A stretch of 64,000 bases of DNA from Candidatus Bathyarchaeia archaeon (GTDB taxonomy: Archaea; Thermoproteota; Bathyarchaeia; Bathyarchaeales; Bathycorpusculaceae). Under the pieces are notes generated by a model, which saw nothing but the letters and a program-made list of their open reading frames with translations, was not told the origin of the DNA and did not search any database. The position numbers were made by a program, and so were the translations under genes. The stretch covers positions 192,001 through 256,000 of the forward strand of contig JBEKXL010000001.1 of the NCBI GenBank assembly GCA_049512075.1. Direction: 5' to 3'. Each line of letters begins with the position of its first letter. The first letter of the stretch is position 1. Positions 10,225 through 18,391 of the stretch are shown piece after piece.

Positions 10225-10422
10225 TCACGCCTTTCCTTTCTCTTCCTTTCCGAAATAGGTGGTCCATTTGAGTTTGCGCGCGTCTCTCCTCAAAAATAGG
10301 GAGCTTTTTCTGCACTTGCTTGAACAGAACCACAGAATCGATCCGTCATTCTTGATGAACATCATGCCGGTGCCCGCTGGGAATTCGCTGCCACAGAATG
10401 AACATTTTCTAGGCCTCGGCAT
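10225..10422 (-). CDS. rpl24e: 50S ribosomal protein L24e
   Basis: CSFCG..GTG..DG..FCSSKC..WT. Confidence 0.95.
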   Translation of the reverse strand: MPRPRKCSFCGSEFPAGTGMMFIKNDGSILWFCSSKCRKSSLFLRRDARKLKWTTYFGKEEKGKA

Positions 10423-10454
10423 CAGCCATCTCTCCGAATAATCTGGATGCGAGC

Positions 10455-10685
10455 TTATCTGTTAATCTTCTTTGCTTCTCTCTCGGTTTCCCTGAGCATC
10501 AAAAGGTCCTGGATTCGCACGGGCCCTTTCACGTTGCGCGTTATAATGCGACCCTTGTCCTTCCCTTCAAGGATGCGTATTCTGACCTGCGAGATCTCGC
10601 CCGTAACACCAGTGCGTGCGATTACCTGAATCACTTCTGCCGGCGTAAGCTCTGCCTGCTCAGCCTCTCTCTCCTCTCTGCTCAT
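10455..10685 (-). CDS. rps28e: 30S ribosomal protein S28e
   Basis: [21 protein letters not shown]. Confidence 0.95.
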   Translation of the reverse strand: MSREEREAEQAELTPAEVIQVIARTGVTGEISQVRIRILEGKDKGRIITRNVKGPVRIQDLLMLRETEREAKKINR

Positions 10686-11065
10686 TAGGTCGTTCCTCTT
10701 CTCAACTGTTCAACTCTCGTGACAATCTCTTTTACCAATCCCGCGGCGTCTCCTTCTTTGACGATGCACGCCGCTCCAGCAGGAACGTCAATACCTATGG
10801 CACTGCCAATCTTTTCCTTGCTCGGAACGAATATGTAGGGAATTTTCCTCTCTTCACACAGCAAAGGCAAATGGGCAACGACTTCCGGTGGCTGTACATC
10901 TTCAGCTATCACCACAAGTTTGGCCTGAGCTCTTTCAATAGCCTTCGTCGTCTCATTCGTGCCTTTCCTAACTGCACCTGTCTTAGCGACTATTTGCAGG
11001 GCTTCATAGGCGGCATCTGCCAGCTCTTTTGAAACTTCAAACTTCACATAGAATGGCTTGGACAT
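10685..11065 (-). CDS. rpl7ae: 50S ribosomal protein L7Ae
   Basis: [30 protein letters not shown]. Confidence 0.97.
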   Translation of the reverse strand: MSKPFYVKFEVSKELADAAYEALQIVAKTGAVRKGTNETTKAIERAQAKLVVIAEDVQPPEVVAHLPLLCEERKIPYIFVPSKEKIGSAIGIDVPAGAACIVKEGDAAGLVKEIVTRVEQLRRGTT

Positions 11066-11161
11066 AAGCCTCTCCCTTCAAATGCACAGTCTAATCAACA
11101 GTTCCTATTTAAGAAGGTTTCGACCCCAGTTAGCGGGCGCGCATGCGTATTCCTGAAACGG

Positions 11162-11290
11162 TTAAGAATGGTGTTTATTTCTTTTTCGCGGGGTTTGAGT
11201 ATAGGAAAACTCTTCGTGTAGGGTCTGCCCGAGCTCCCATGATATGCCATGCCTCAAAGCGGCCAAAATTTGCCTATCAAACAAGTCCAT
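11162..11290 (-). pseudogene. Remnant of small winged-HTH gene
   Basis: MDLFDRQILAALRHG start typical of wHTH, then short unrelated tail. Confidence 0.35.
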
Positions 11291-11670
11291 ACCAGATGCT
11301 AACAAGCATGAGAAGAACATAAACCGTTTTACACAAACTCGAGAAAAAACATGCGCGTCACGGCACACTAAACCCGATAAAGCATATTTGGCTCCAAATA
11401 GAGGGGCCTACACCCGTTGCGCGCACACACAAAAACAACACGAAACAAGAACACTGCTCAGCCTCACTACACCTAAAAACCGAATTCAGGAACACACATG
11501 CACGCTACTAATTGTACAGAGAGACAACCCAAAGGAGCCAGAGCCAAAACCATAGCTTTGAAACCTCAAGCAGACTCCGAGCGCGCACGAAAACTTGAGG
11601 GGACAGCCTACTTCGGAAAAGAAGAAAAAGGAAAACCCTGACAACCCTTCATGCAGTGCCCGTTTTCCTT

Positions 11671-12513
11671 CTATACATTTTTCTTTGGCAAATAAACGGC
11701 ACAAAGCAGTCCGAAGTACGTGGGTACCTGATAAGATAACAGACGCCCAACCATTTCAGTGTGATTCAGAATGCCCTGCAATATGGCCAATTGCCAGAGG
11801 CTATCAGGCTTCGCATCTTCGACAAACTGCGGCGGTAAGCTAAGCAGCGGAACCAAATCATTCTTCAAAACAGCGTTCCTAACTTCTTCGTCATACTTCG
11901 CAGATGCCAAATGAAAGCCATACGGACCCTTAGCATCGTGAGCGTGACCTTGGTCAGCGCTTGCCACGAAAGCAATCTTCCTGCCTGAAGCCTCAGCGGC
12001 CTCGGCGACCACGCGTCCGAAACGCACAAGGCTCTGCAACGGAATTTCCCTTGAAGGCGTGACTATCACAACATTAGGCCCTGCCTGACCCTGCCCAACA
12101 AGAAACCATAGCGGTATCAGTGTACCCCAATCCATAGGCATACAAGAAGCTTCACCTTCGCTAGCACCATAGTTGACACCTACGACAGGAAGCGCAAGCT
12201 TCCTTGCGCTTTCCAGGATCTGCCTTGCCAGTTGTCGATCACATTTACAGCGAAGTCTAATCGTGTTGCCGTTGGCCTCCAACTTTCCCTCAGCAAACTC
12301 TGCAGTTACAACGCCTACAGTTCCCTCCAAACGCATATTATGCGGCGTGGCTAAAACAATCGTGTCAGGCTTATTCTGCTTCATCTCCTTCCCCAGCTGT
12401 TCCATCCCCCTGCGGGTCTCAGCAAAAGCTTCAAGCATGTCCCCAGCCAATTCTGGAATGGCCTCCGCTCCATGCGGTGCAATGCACGCAAAAACCACAC
12501 TCATCTTCGCCAT
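11671..12513 (-). CDS. LigB-like class III extradiol ring-cleavage dioxygenase
   Basis: APH, TPH, MDWGTLIPL, VASADQGHAH, SYQVPTYFG. Confidence 0.85.
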   Translation of the reverse strand: MAKMSVVFACIAPHGAEAIPELAGDMLEAFAETRRGMEQLGKEMKQNKPDTIVLATPHNMRLEGTVGVVTAEFAEGKLEANGNTIRLRCKCDRQLARQILESARKLALPVVGVNYGASEGEASCMPMDWGTLIPLWFLVGQGQAGPNVVIVTPSREIPLQSLVRFGRVVAEAAEASGRKIAFVASADQGHAHDAKGPYGFHLASAKYDEEVRNAVLKNDLVPLLSLPPQFVEDAKPDSLWQLAILQGILNHTEMVGRLLSYQVPTYFGLLCAVYLPKKNV

Positions 12514-12556
12514 CCACCACGGATATTGTCCACGAACCTCAAAGTAATAAACTAGT

Positions 12557-12564
12557 GGTATTCC
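12557..12564 (+). repeat. Left 8-bp target site duplication GGTATTCC
   Basis: Identical direct copy at 18384-18391; each copy abuts a terminal inverted repeat. Confidence 0.93.
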
Positions 12565-12588
12565 GGTTCTGTTAACTCTTCGGGTCTT
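12565..12588 (+). repeat. Left terminal inverted repeat GGTTCTGTTAACTCTTCGGGTCTT
   Basis: 23/24 match to reverse complement of 18360-18383. Confidence 0.93.
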
Positions 12589-12611
12589 GCATGGATAAAT
12601 GTTTGTCCATG

Positions 12612-13301
12612 TTAACCAAAGGGGCTTTTCTGCGAAACTTCATCTATTTTTACAATAGACGATATGTCCATAGATCCATCGAGCATATGTACCCCAATTT
12701 GGTAGCAACGACTTACACTAGGATACTTCGGTTGAATCTGTCTAATGAGTTCGGCGATTTTTTGAGCATGATATAGACAACTATCGTCAACTCTAGTAAA
12801 CTCAGTAGATGGTCTGATTGTTTTGTTAAAATTAACTATGATGTCTTTAACCTCCTCTTCTTTTGCCTCGTATGGACAAATGGCTGCTACTTTATTCTCT
12901 TCCCATCTTGCTAGCCCATCTCCCAATGAGGGATGAACCACATCAAGTCTAAGCTTTGGGATTTCATTCAAAAGTGTTATGTAACTGTATATCCATCCTG
13001 TTAGCCCAATGTCGTCTTCAGTAATTGAAAAAAGAATCTTAGCAGACTTGAAGCGTTCTTCTTTAATTATCTCATAGATTTGGTCTGTGTTGGTAATAGT
13101 TTCTTTTTCAAGTCTAGTTTTCACGGCATTAAGCAAGTCAGTTCTTCCAGCTCCAGTAATCAATCCGCAACTCGTTTTTTGAATTTTCACGGAATTATCG
13201 GTATAACCTATTATTTGTTTTGCTTGATTGAAGAAAACAGTTCGCGTGTCCGCAGCCAGAAGAACATAGTTCCCAAAATTGATTCCTAATGCGATTGTCA
13301 T
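12612..13301 (-). CDS. Proteasome-beta-like Ntn hydrolase (transposon cargo)
   Basis: M|TIALGINFGNYVLLAADTR gives Thr1, Asp17, Arg19 at proteasome-beta positions; KI..TGAG follows. Confidence 0.7.
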   Translation of the reverse strand: MTIALGINFGNYVLLAADTRTVFFNQAKQIIGYTDNSVKIQKTSCGLITGAGRTDLLNAVKTRLEKETITNTDQIYEIIKEERFKSAKILFSITEDDIGLTGWIYSYITLLNEIPKLRLDVVHPSLGDGLARWEENKVAAICPYEAKEEEVKDIIVNFNKTIRPSTEFTRVDDSCLYHAQKIAELIRQIQPKYPSVSRCYQIGVHMLDGSMDISSIVKIDEVSQKSPFG

Positions 13302-13534
13302 AGTATTCAGAAGAGTTCTAACACAGAGCTACTAAAAAACATAAATGAAAACACACGGTTCGAGCACGCATTTTTCTGATGGTGTGTGCAGGGTTCTGCT
13401 TATTTCGGCTGAAAATTTACCAAGAGCAAATAATGATATTAGCGAGCACTGTCTAAGCATGTTTGTTACTTTTATTAAGGTCGACCTATTCCAATCATAC
13501 GAAGTGCCTCCACCCGCATTTATGGTGACAGTAA

Positions 13535-13957
13535 ATGAATAGAAAATTGTTTAATCTTGCGAAAAGTTCTGCATTGGTTTTTGCTCTTGGTTTTCTTCCA
13601 GTTCCCTTCTTGATTCATGTGGGTTATGCTCCCTTGCTTGTCTGCAGTTTTTCTATGGCACTCATGCTTTTGTGGTCTGATGGACTGTTGACGTTATTTT
13701 CAATACGAAAAGGAGCTACCGAAATCAATCCCATCATAAACTTCCTAAACAACATAGCTGGAGAAAAAAGGGGAGTTTTGTTGTCTAGGGTTGTAGGTTC
13801 AATTTTTCCATTAGTCGGCTTGCTGGAAAGGAATCTCTATTTCACTTTGGCGATTTCGTGGGTGTTCGCTGCGGTGATTTTTCTAAATTCTGCAACTCTA
13901 CTCTCGGTACTTGCCGAAAATATAGATGCAAAACAGACCTACCACGCCAATGAATAG
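13535..13957 (+). CDS. Membrane protein, DUF5658-like
   Basis: About four TM segments; DGLLT..GATEINP motif. Confidence 0.6.
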   Translation: MNRKLFNLAKSSALVFALGFLPVPFLIHVGYAPLLVCSFSMALMLLWSDGLLTLFSIRKGATEINPIINFLNNIAGEKRGVLLSRVVGSIFPLVGLLERNLYFTLAISWVFAAVIFLNSATLLSVLAENIDAKQTYHANE

Positions 13958-14083
13958 CAACCAATACTGAGGCGCTAAAAGCGATCCCACAGCGGAAGCA
14001 ACTATCCATATCGTCCCGATTGCAAAGCAAGCTATTAAAAACACTAGAGCTATGTTATGCCAGCTCACATCGTCCTCACTCAT
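13898..14083 (-). CDS. Small 2-TM membrane protein
   Basis: GAGGTGA RBS upstream; two hydrophobic helices. Confidence 0.55.
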   Translation of the reverse strand: MSEDDVSWHNIALVFLIACFAIGTIWIVASAVGSLLAPQYWLLFIGVVGLFCIYIFGKYRE

Positions 14084-14342
14084 CTTGAACCTTCACCTCT
14101 CTCCAAATTGTTTCTTTTACTGGCTAAGAAAGGCTGGCAACGCTTCTAGCCCTCTGATCGGTCGCCCCTCAAAACACAAGTTTTAAATGTGCAATTATGC
14201 ACATTTCTACTTGCGAAATCTGAGAGAGTGGCGATGACCCTTTGGCTAGGAGAGTCACCCGCCTCGTTTATAGCCATTTTAACAGTAGTACAGCTTACAT
14301 ATTTAAGATTAACTGTAATCGCACTAGTATGACCAAAACGAC

Positions 14343-14416
14343 GCGAGAATCCTTTGCATGTTGGTGAAACTTAGTGTGCATGATGATGCTGTACAACATG
14401 GTCAAAGGATTTTCGC
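14343..14416. repeat. Long imperfect hairpin
   Basis: GCGAGAATCCTTTG-CATGTTG pairs with CAACATG-gt-CAAAGGATTTTCGC (21 bp, 2-nt bulge). Confidence 0.75.
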
Positions 14417-14541
14417 TCATGCATGAAATCTGCTTCTCACTGGGAGTTAGAACTGTGTCGATTTTATTTTATTACAAAACGGCATAGACAGTTAACTATA
14501 TATTGCCGATGTTACAACACACTCTACAAGTGTGATTCACG

Positions 14542-14832
14542 TTGGAGAAGCCTCAAAAGATGAAGATTGTAAGTGTCAAGGAGATTCCTTTCAAGCTAAA
14601 GAAAAAGGGTGATGAGTGGTTACAACAGATTCTAAAGATACCTCCTGGCAAGGCTTGGGTACTTACAGAGGAAGAGGCGGGCATACAAGCTGCATCACTT
14701 AGAATGATGGTGGACAGACTGAAAAAGATTGGAGAACTATCAGATCATTACAAGCTAACACAACGTATGATTAAAGGCAAGGTTACGGTATACATCATTA
14801 ACACTGCAGAGGAAAAGACAGAGTTGGTATGA
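14542..14832 (+). CDS. Small basic hypothetical protein, possibly DNA-binding
   Basis: TATA-like CTATATA and GTGA RBS upstream; Lys-rich; no family recognised. Confidence 0.55.
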   Translation: MEKPQKMKIVSVKEIPFKLKKKGDEWLQQILKIPPGKAWVLTEEEAGIQAASLRMMVDRLKKIGELSDHYKLTQRMIKGKVTVYIINTAEEKTELV

Positions 14833-14854
14833 CATACAAAATTACAAGTTAAGA

Positions 14855-14994
14855 GTAGACGACCGATAACAGAGAACATGAACGCATACCGCAGGGTTAT
14901 GGCCACGGTGTTGGGCGTGCCCAATAGCACTAGCGGTATGGTATGCCAGCTATGGTGGCGGGCTGTTTCTGTTTCTCTGTCGGCATACGTCTGC
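14855..14994. ncRNA. Candidate multi-stem structured RNA or ssDNA element
   Basis: Nested stems GTAGACG/CGTCTGC, CCGATA/TGTCGG, ACAGAGAACA/TGTTTCT(CT)GT, CATACCGC/GCGGTATG. Confidence 0.45.
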
Positions 14995-15090
14995 CCTTAT
15001 TATAGAGTCTCTTCGTATAAAAGTTTATTCCTCGGTACATACTTCAGTATATGAGTGGGAATAGACGCCTGAATATACTTCAGCATACGC

Positions 15091-15264
15091 CTATTTGCCT
15101 TCACGTTCTACTATGAGCTTGCTCCCATCAATTCTAACAGTGATGATCTCGCCCACTTTAAAGGGAAAGTTACTGTCTTCGATTAGGTCTTTCTGCAAAT
15201 AGATTGTGTGCCTAGAACCAACTCTACTGATTTTTGTCTTCACTTGACGCACCACTTTGAGCAC
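15091..15264 (-). CDS. AbrB/MazE-like small DNA-binding protein (below ORF-track cutoff)
   Basis: Manual translation MLKVVRQVKTKISRVGSRHTIYLQKDLIEDSNFPFKVGEIITVRIDGSKLIVEREGK; swapped-hairpin pattern. Confidence 0.7.
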   Translation of the reverse strand: MLKVVRQVKTKISRVGSRHTIYLQKDLIEDSNFPFKVGEIITVRIDGSKLIVEREGK

Positions 15265-15317
15265 CGTCGCATATACCTAAGTATGCAGACTTATTTAAAT
15301 CTTTATACACGTGAGTT

Positions 15318-15377
15318 TATACCACGGTGTAGAAACTGTTATATACTTGTGTGTACATTAGTATATACCACGGTGTA
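15318..15377 (+). promoter_or_regulatory. Transposase promoter flanked by two identical 14-bp quasi-palindromic boxes
   Basis: TATACCACGGTGTA at 15318-15331 and 15364-15377 around TTATATA (15339-15345). Confidence 0.75.
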
Positions 15378-15382
15378 AACCG

Positions 15383-15799
15383 ATGAGAACCTCAAACACA
15401 CGCAAAATCCGTGCGTACTCTCTCCTAGCTCACGGAAAGGTTGACAAGATAAGCGATTTTGCTTATCGTGTCTGGTCTCAGACTGAGGAAGGCAAACACT
15501 ACATTGTTGTTAGGGAAGGGCTTGAGTGGAGATGCGAGTGTCCAGATTTTGTTTTCAATCATGTGGCTTGCAAGCACATTCATGCGGTTGAACAGATTAG
15601 GTTAAATGAGCAAGTCGCATTTCCTTCTGAGAAAGAGGGTGAGAACCTATGCAAAGAAGTGGAATCACCAGAGTCGGTTTGTAAATTCTGTGGCTCCGAG
15701 AACATCGTGAAGAGAGGGTACAGAAGCACTCAGAACGGAAAGGTTCAACGGTTCTTCTGCAACAACTGCAAAAGAAAATTGAATGAAGGCTACTCCTGA
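15383..15799 (+). CDS. Transposase N-terminal part: SWIM Zn finger plus Zn ribbon
   Basis: CECPD..CKH SWIM motif; CKFCGS..KRG..QRFFCNNCKRK Zn ribbon. Confidence 0.85.
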   Translation: MRTSNTRKIRAYSLLAHGKVDKISDFAYRVWSQTEEGKHYIVVREGLEWRCECPDFVFNHVACKHIHAVEQIRLNEQVAFPSEKEGENLCKEVESPESVCKFCGSENIVKRGYRSTQNGKVQRFFCNNCKRKLNEGYS

Positions 15800-16553
15800 A
15801 ACAATCACGGTAGCTCTAGATCTGTACTTCAAAGGAATCAGTATGAGGGCAATCGTTGACCACATAAAGCAGTTTTATGGAGTAGAGGTTAGTCATGTGG
15901 CGATTTACAAGTGGATTCGCAAGTACGTTTCGATGATGAAGAAATATTGTGATCAGCTAGTTCCTAGAGTTAGCGGAATTTGGCACAGTGACGAAATGGC
16001 CTTGAACATAAAGGATTTGGACAATCACGACAGCTTGAGATGGGCTTGGAACGTGATCGACAACAAAAGTCGGTTCTGGCTTGCTAGTCAGATAACGGAG
16101 AAGAGGGAAATTGCTGACGCTAGGAAAGTGTTGGCTCAAGCCTCGACACTTTCGCAAACGAGACCTATGGCCGTTGTGACTGATGGATTGAGAGCTTATC
16201 AGGACGCGATACCCAAGGAGTTCTTCACTATGAAGGGGCCAAGGACTCAGCACGTTAGGATTCCGAACATTAGAGACAGGTCGAACAACAACATGGTTGA
16301 AAGACTTCACGGAACGATTAGGCAGAGGAACAAGGTTATGCGTGGACTAGATGATACGGAAACAGCACAGACAATGATGAATGGACTCAGAATCTACTAC
16401 AACTTCATGAGACCTCATATGGCACTAGATGGAAAAACTCCAGCACAAGAAGCAAGAATCGTCGATAGTTCAAAACCCGAGAATTGGCTCTCCCTAATCA
16501 AGAAGGCAAGTCAACACCAGATGTTTGAGGCACAGCCCAAGGACTCTCGCTAG
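15783..16553 (+). CDS. IS6/IS240-type DDE transposase, catalytic part
   Basis: HTH (VSHVAIYKWIRKY), WHSDE, VVTDGLRAY, NNMVERLH, YNFMRPH..GKTPA. Confidence 0.9.
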   Translation: MKATPETITVALDLYFKGISMRAIVDHIKQFYGVEVSHVAIYKWIRKYVSMMKKYCDQLVPRVSGIWHSDEMALNIKDLDNHDSLRWAWNVIDNKSRFWLASQITEKREIADARKVLAQASTLSQTRPMAVVTDGLRAYQDAIPKEFFTMKGPRTQHVRIPNIRDRSNNNMVERLHGTIRQRNKVMRGLDDTETAQTMMNGLRIYYNFMRPHMALDGKTPAQEARIVDSSKPENWLSLIKKASQHQMFEAQPKDSR

Positions 16554-16568
16554 AAGCTCAAAAGTAGG

Positions 16569-17165
16569 TTATATAACTGTGATTTCGATACTACCAAATT
16601 TTGGATCTGAAGAAAGATGGGCGAAGCTTTTGTCTGCGGTTATTAGGCCATCTGCAAAAAACCCTAATGCGAGAAAAGCATGAACTAGGTCAATCCATCC
16701 TAAGCCCTTGTAGGTGTAATGTTCAAAAGAACCGTTACAAATTTGGCATCTGTAATACTTCTTGGCAATTCCGAAATAGTCCTTCGAGTAATCATAGACA
16801 TCTTTCATCATTTGTTTTAGATCGACTGGAGTAAAATCGCTAAAAAGAATTAGTCCCTGATCTTCCATTTGAGTAAGAACTTGTAGCAGGTCTTTGATTT
16901 TTGTGTCAGATTCTCCTTTTAGATATAAGTTCTGTGATATTGTGTCCAACAAATCAAGTTTTGACTTATCTGTTCTTTCAGTAACTCTGCGCCTAATGAC
17001 ATCTATAACCTCCATTAATGTTAGCATAGAAACCAACCCGATAATTTTCTTCTTCATTATGTCGTCTTCGATTATTCTCCTTGCATCATTGTAGAATCTG
17101 TCTGTTGGGCCTAACTGATATGACAATATAATTGAAGAGTCAAGATACTTGACTGGCAAAGTCAC
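16569..17165 (-). CDS. PIN-domain (VapC-like) nuclease with CxxC insertion
   Basis: YLDSS, LMEV, GWIDLVH, LITADKSF; internal CQIC. Confidence 0.8.
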   Translation of the reverse strand: MTLPVKYLDSSIILSYQLGPTDRFYNDARRIIEDDIMKKKIIGLVSMLTLMEVIDVIRRRVTERTDKSKLDLLDTISQNLYLKGESDTKIKDLLQVLTQMEDQGLILFSDFTPVDLKQMMKDVYDYSKDYFGIAKKYYRCQICNGSFEHYTYKGLGWIDLVHAFLALGFFADGLITADKSFAHLSSDPKFGSIEITVI

Positions 17166-17527
17166 GAGCGTTTCCTCAACGTCCTGACTAACTCTACTGC
17201 ATCTTTTTCATCAGAGTATTTTGAAAGAGAACCATCAAGCAAAGAAAGATCGACTCTCTCATCGGTTATTTCTGGCAAAGAGTATTCATCTCGAAGTTTC
17301 TTTGATAATGTCATGCTTTGTCTCGTTATCATATTACGAATGATCAACTTTTTTGCGGAAAAAGGTTGTTCTGCAGAATTTTCTTTCACGATAGGTCTTA
17401 TTTGAAGTTGGGTCGTGATTTCAGCCATAAAACCGCTATCTCTAAGAAAAGCCAAGAGTTCGGCCCATTTCTCGGGAAGCTGTTCTCTTTCGCTCTTTTT
17501 CTCAAACAGTTGACTGTAATTGGCCAT
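17162..17527 (-). CDS. Hypothetical protein, putative antitoxin
   Basis: GTGA-coupled to the PIN gene; C-terminal DAVELVRTLRKR resembles archaeal VapB tails. Confidence 0.5.
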   Translation of the reverse strand: MANYSQLFEKKSEREQLPEKWAELLAFLRDSGFMAEITTQLQIRPIVKENSAEQPFSAKKLIIRNMITRQSMTLSKKLRDEYSLPEITDERVDLSLLDGSLSKYSDEKDAVELVRTLRKRS

Positions 17528-17529
17528 GT

Positions 17530-18222
17530 TTAGCCCTTCAAGATGCTCAAGAACTCGTTACAGTCTTTAATTGAGTCTTGAACCAACTTAGCTAATTCAA
17601 TAGTCGCGGGGGAAGTCTTAAACTTTGTTATCAATTCGATTTTTAGAAGATTTTTCTCCATATCTTCAAGTATATCATAACTTTGTTTCTTGTCAGTAGA
17701 TTCTTGTGATACCATGATTTCCCGTAGTCCAAATGTAAATTCATTTCTTTGGCTCTTCAATTTCTTTACTAGGGGAAAGTCAATTTCACTAACGAGGTAT
17801 TCTTTTAGAGGAACTTCAAATCTAGCAGTCAATTTTACATTTGCGCTTTCAACGACTTTGGCACTTGCCCCTAGAAAGACACCGAGAAACAGATTGAAAT
17901 TTGATTGTGCCTCACGAAGAATTTCCTCTCGGGGAGGTTGCGCTTCTTTCTCTGGCGGGATTGATGTCTTATGAACCTTGAAGTCCATTTGAAGAGTGAT
18001 TTTCTTGGATGACACGAATATGTTGTATCCTCGACCTGATCTCAAGCCCTTCCTAGGCATTTCGTCAAGGGTTTCGCTTATTTCAATAGGTAACGAAAAT
18101 TCAGTCTTCATATCGCCTAATTTTATGTTGTCAATTGCTCTGTCAATTTTTTCCCATTCAGATTCGTATTTAGTGGTTATTTCCAAAATCAGAAAATTAG
18201 CATCTTCGTCTCTGAGCATCAT
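17530..18222 (-). CDS. Hypothetical protein, first gene of PIN operon
   Basis: 230-aa ORF ending 2 nt before the next start; alternating beta/alpha pattern; no family recognised. Confidence 0.65.
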   Translation of the reverse strand: MMLRDEDANFLILEITTKYESEWEKIDRAIDNIKLGDMKTEFSLPIEISETLDEMPRKGLRSGRGYNIFVSSKKITLQMDFKVHKTSIPPEKEAQPPREEILREAQSNFNLFLGVFLGASAKVVESANVKLTARFEVPLKEYLVSEIDFPLVKKLKSQRNEFTFGLREIMVSQESTDKKQSYDILEDMEKNLLKIELITKFKTSPATIELAKLVQDSIKDCNEFLSILKG

Positions 18223-18359
18223 GTAAACTCCAACATAGTTTCATTCTTCGCTTTCAGTATAAATCGTTTGTCTGTCGCAAAGAAACACTCTCATTCTAAT
18301 TTAGGGCAACATATATTCGTAACGGTAGAAAAAAGCCCCGCGGGTTAACAAACTTCTTT

Positions 18360-18383
18360 AAGACCCTAAGAGTTAACAGAACC
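18360..18383 (-). repeat. Right terminal inverted repeat
   Basis: AAGACCCTAAGAGTTAACAGAACC; reverse complement matches left TIR 23/24. Confidence 0.93.
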
Positions 18384-18391
18384 GGTATTCC
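18384..18391 (+). repeat. Right 8-bp target site duplication GGTATTCC
   Basis: Identical to 12557-12564. Confidence 0.93.

Larger units (their letters stand above)
12565..18383. mobile_element. IS6-type unit (cargo) transposon, 5819 bp
   Basis: 24-bp TIRs starting GGTTCTGTT, 8-bp TSD, internal IS6-type DDE transposase, AT-richer passenger genes. Confidence 0.92.

Noticed and set aside
11066-11115. K-turn in the L7Ae leader (autoregulation)
   Set aside because: I could not build convincing tandem G-A pairs with flanking stems.
14300-14460. Canonical integron attC site
   Set aside because: Hairpin present but no correctly positioned complementary RYYYAAC/GTTRRRY boxes and no IntI gene.
15765-15799. 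Programmed -1 frameshift joining the transposase ORFs
   Set aside because: Downstream ORF is in the +1 frame and no X-XXY-YYZ heptamer fits.
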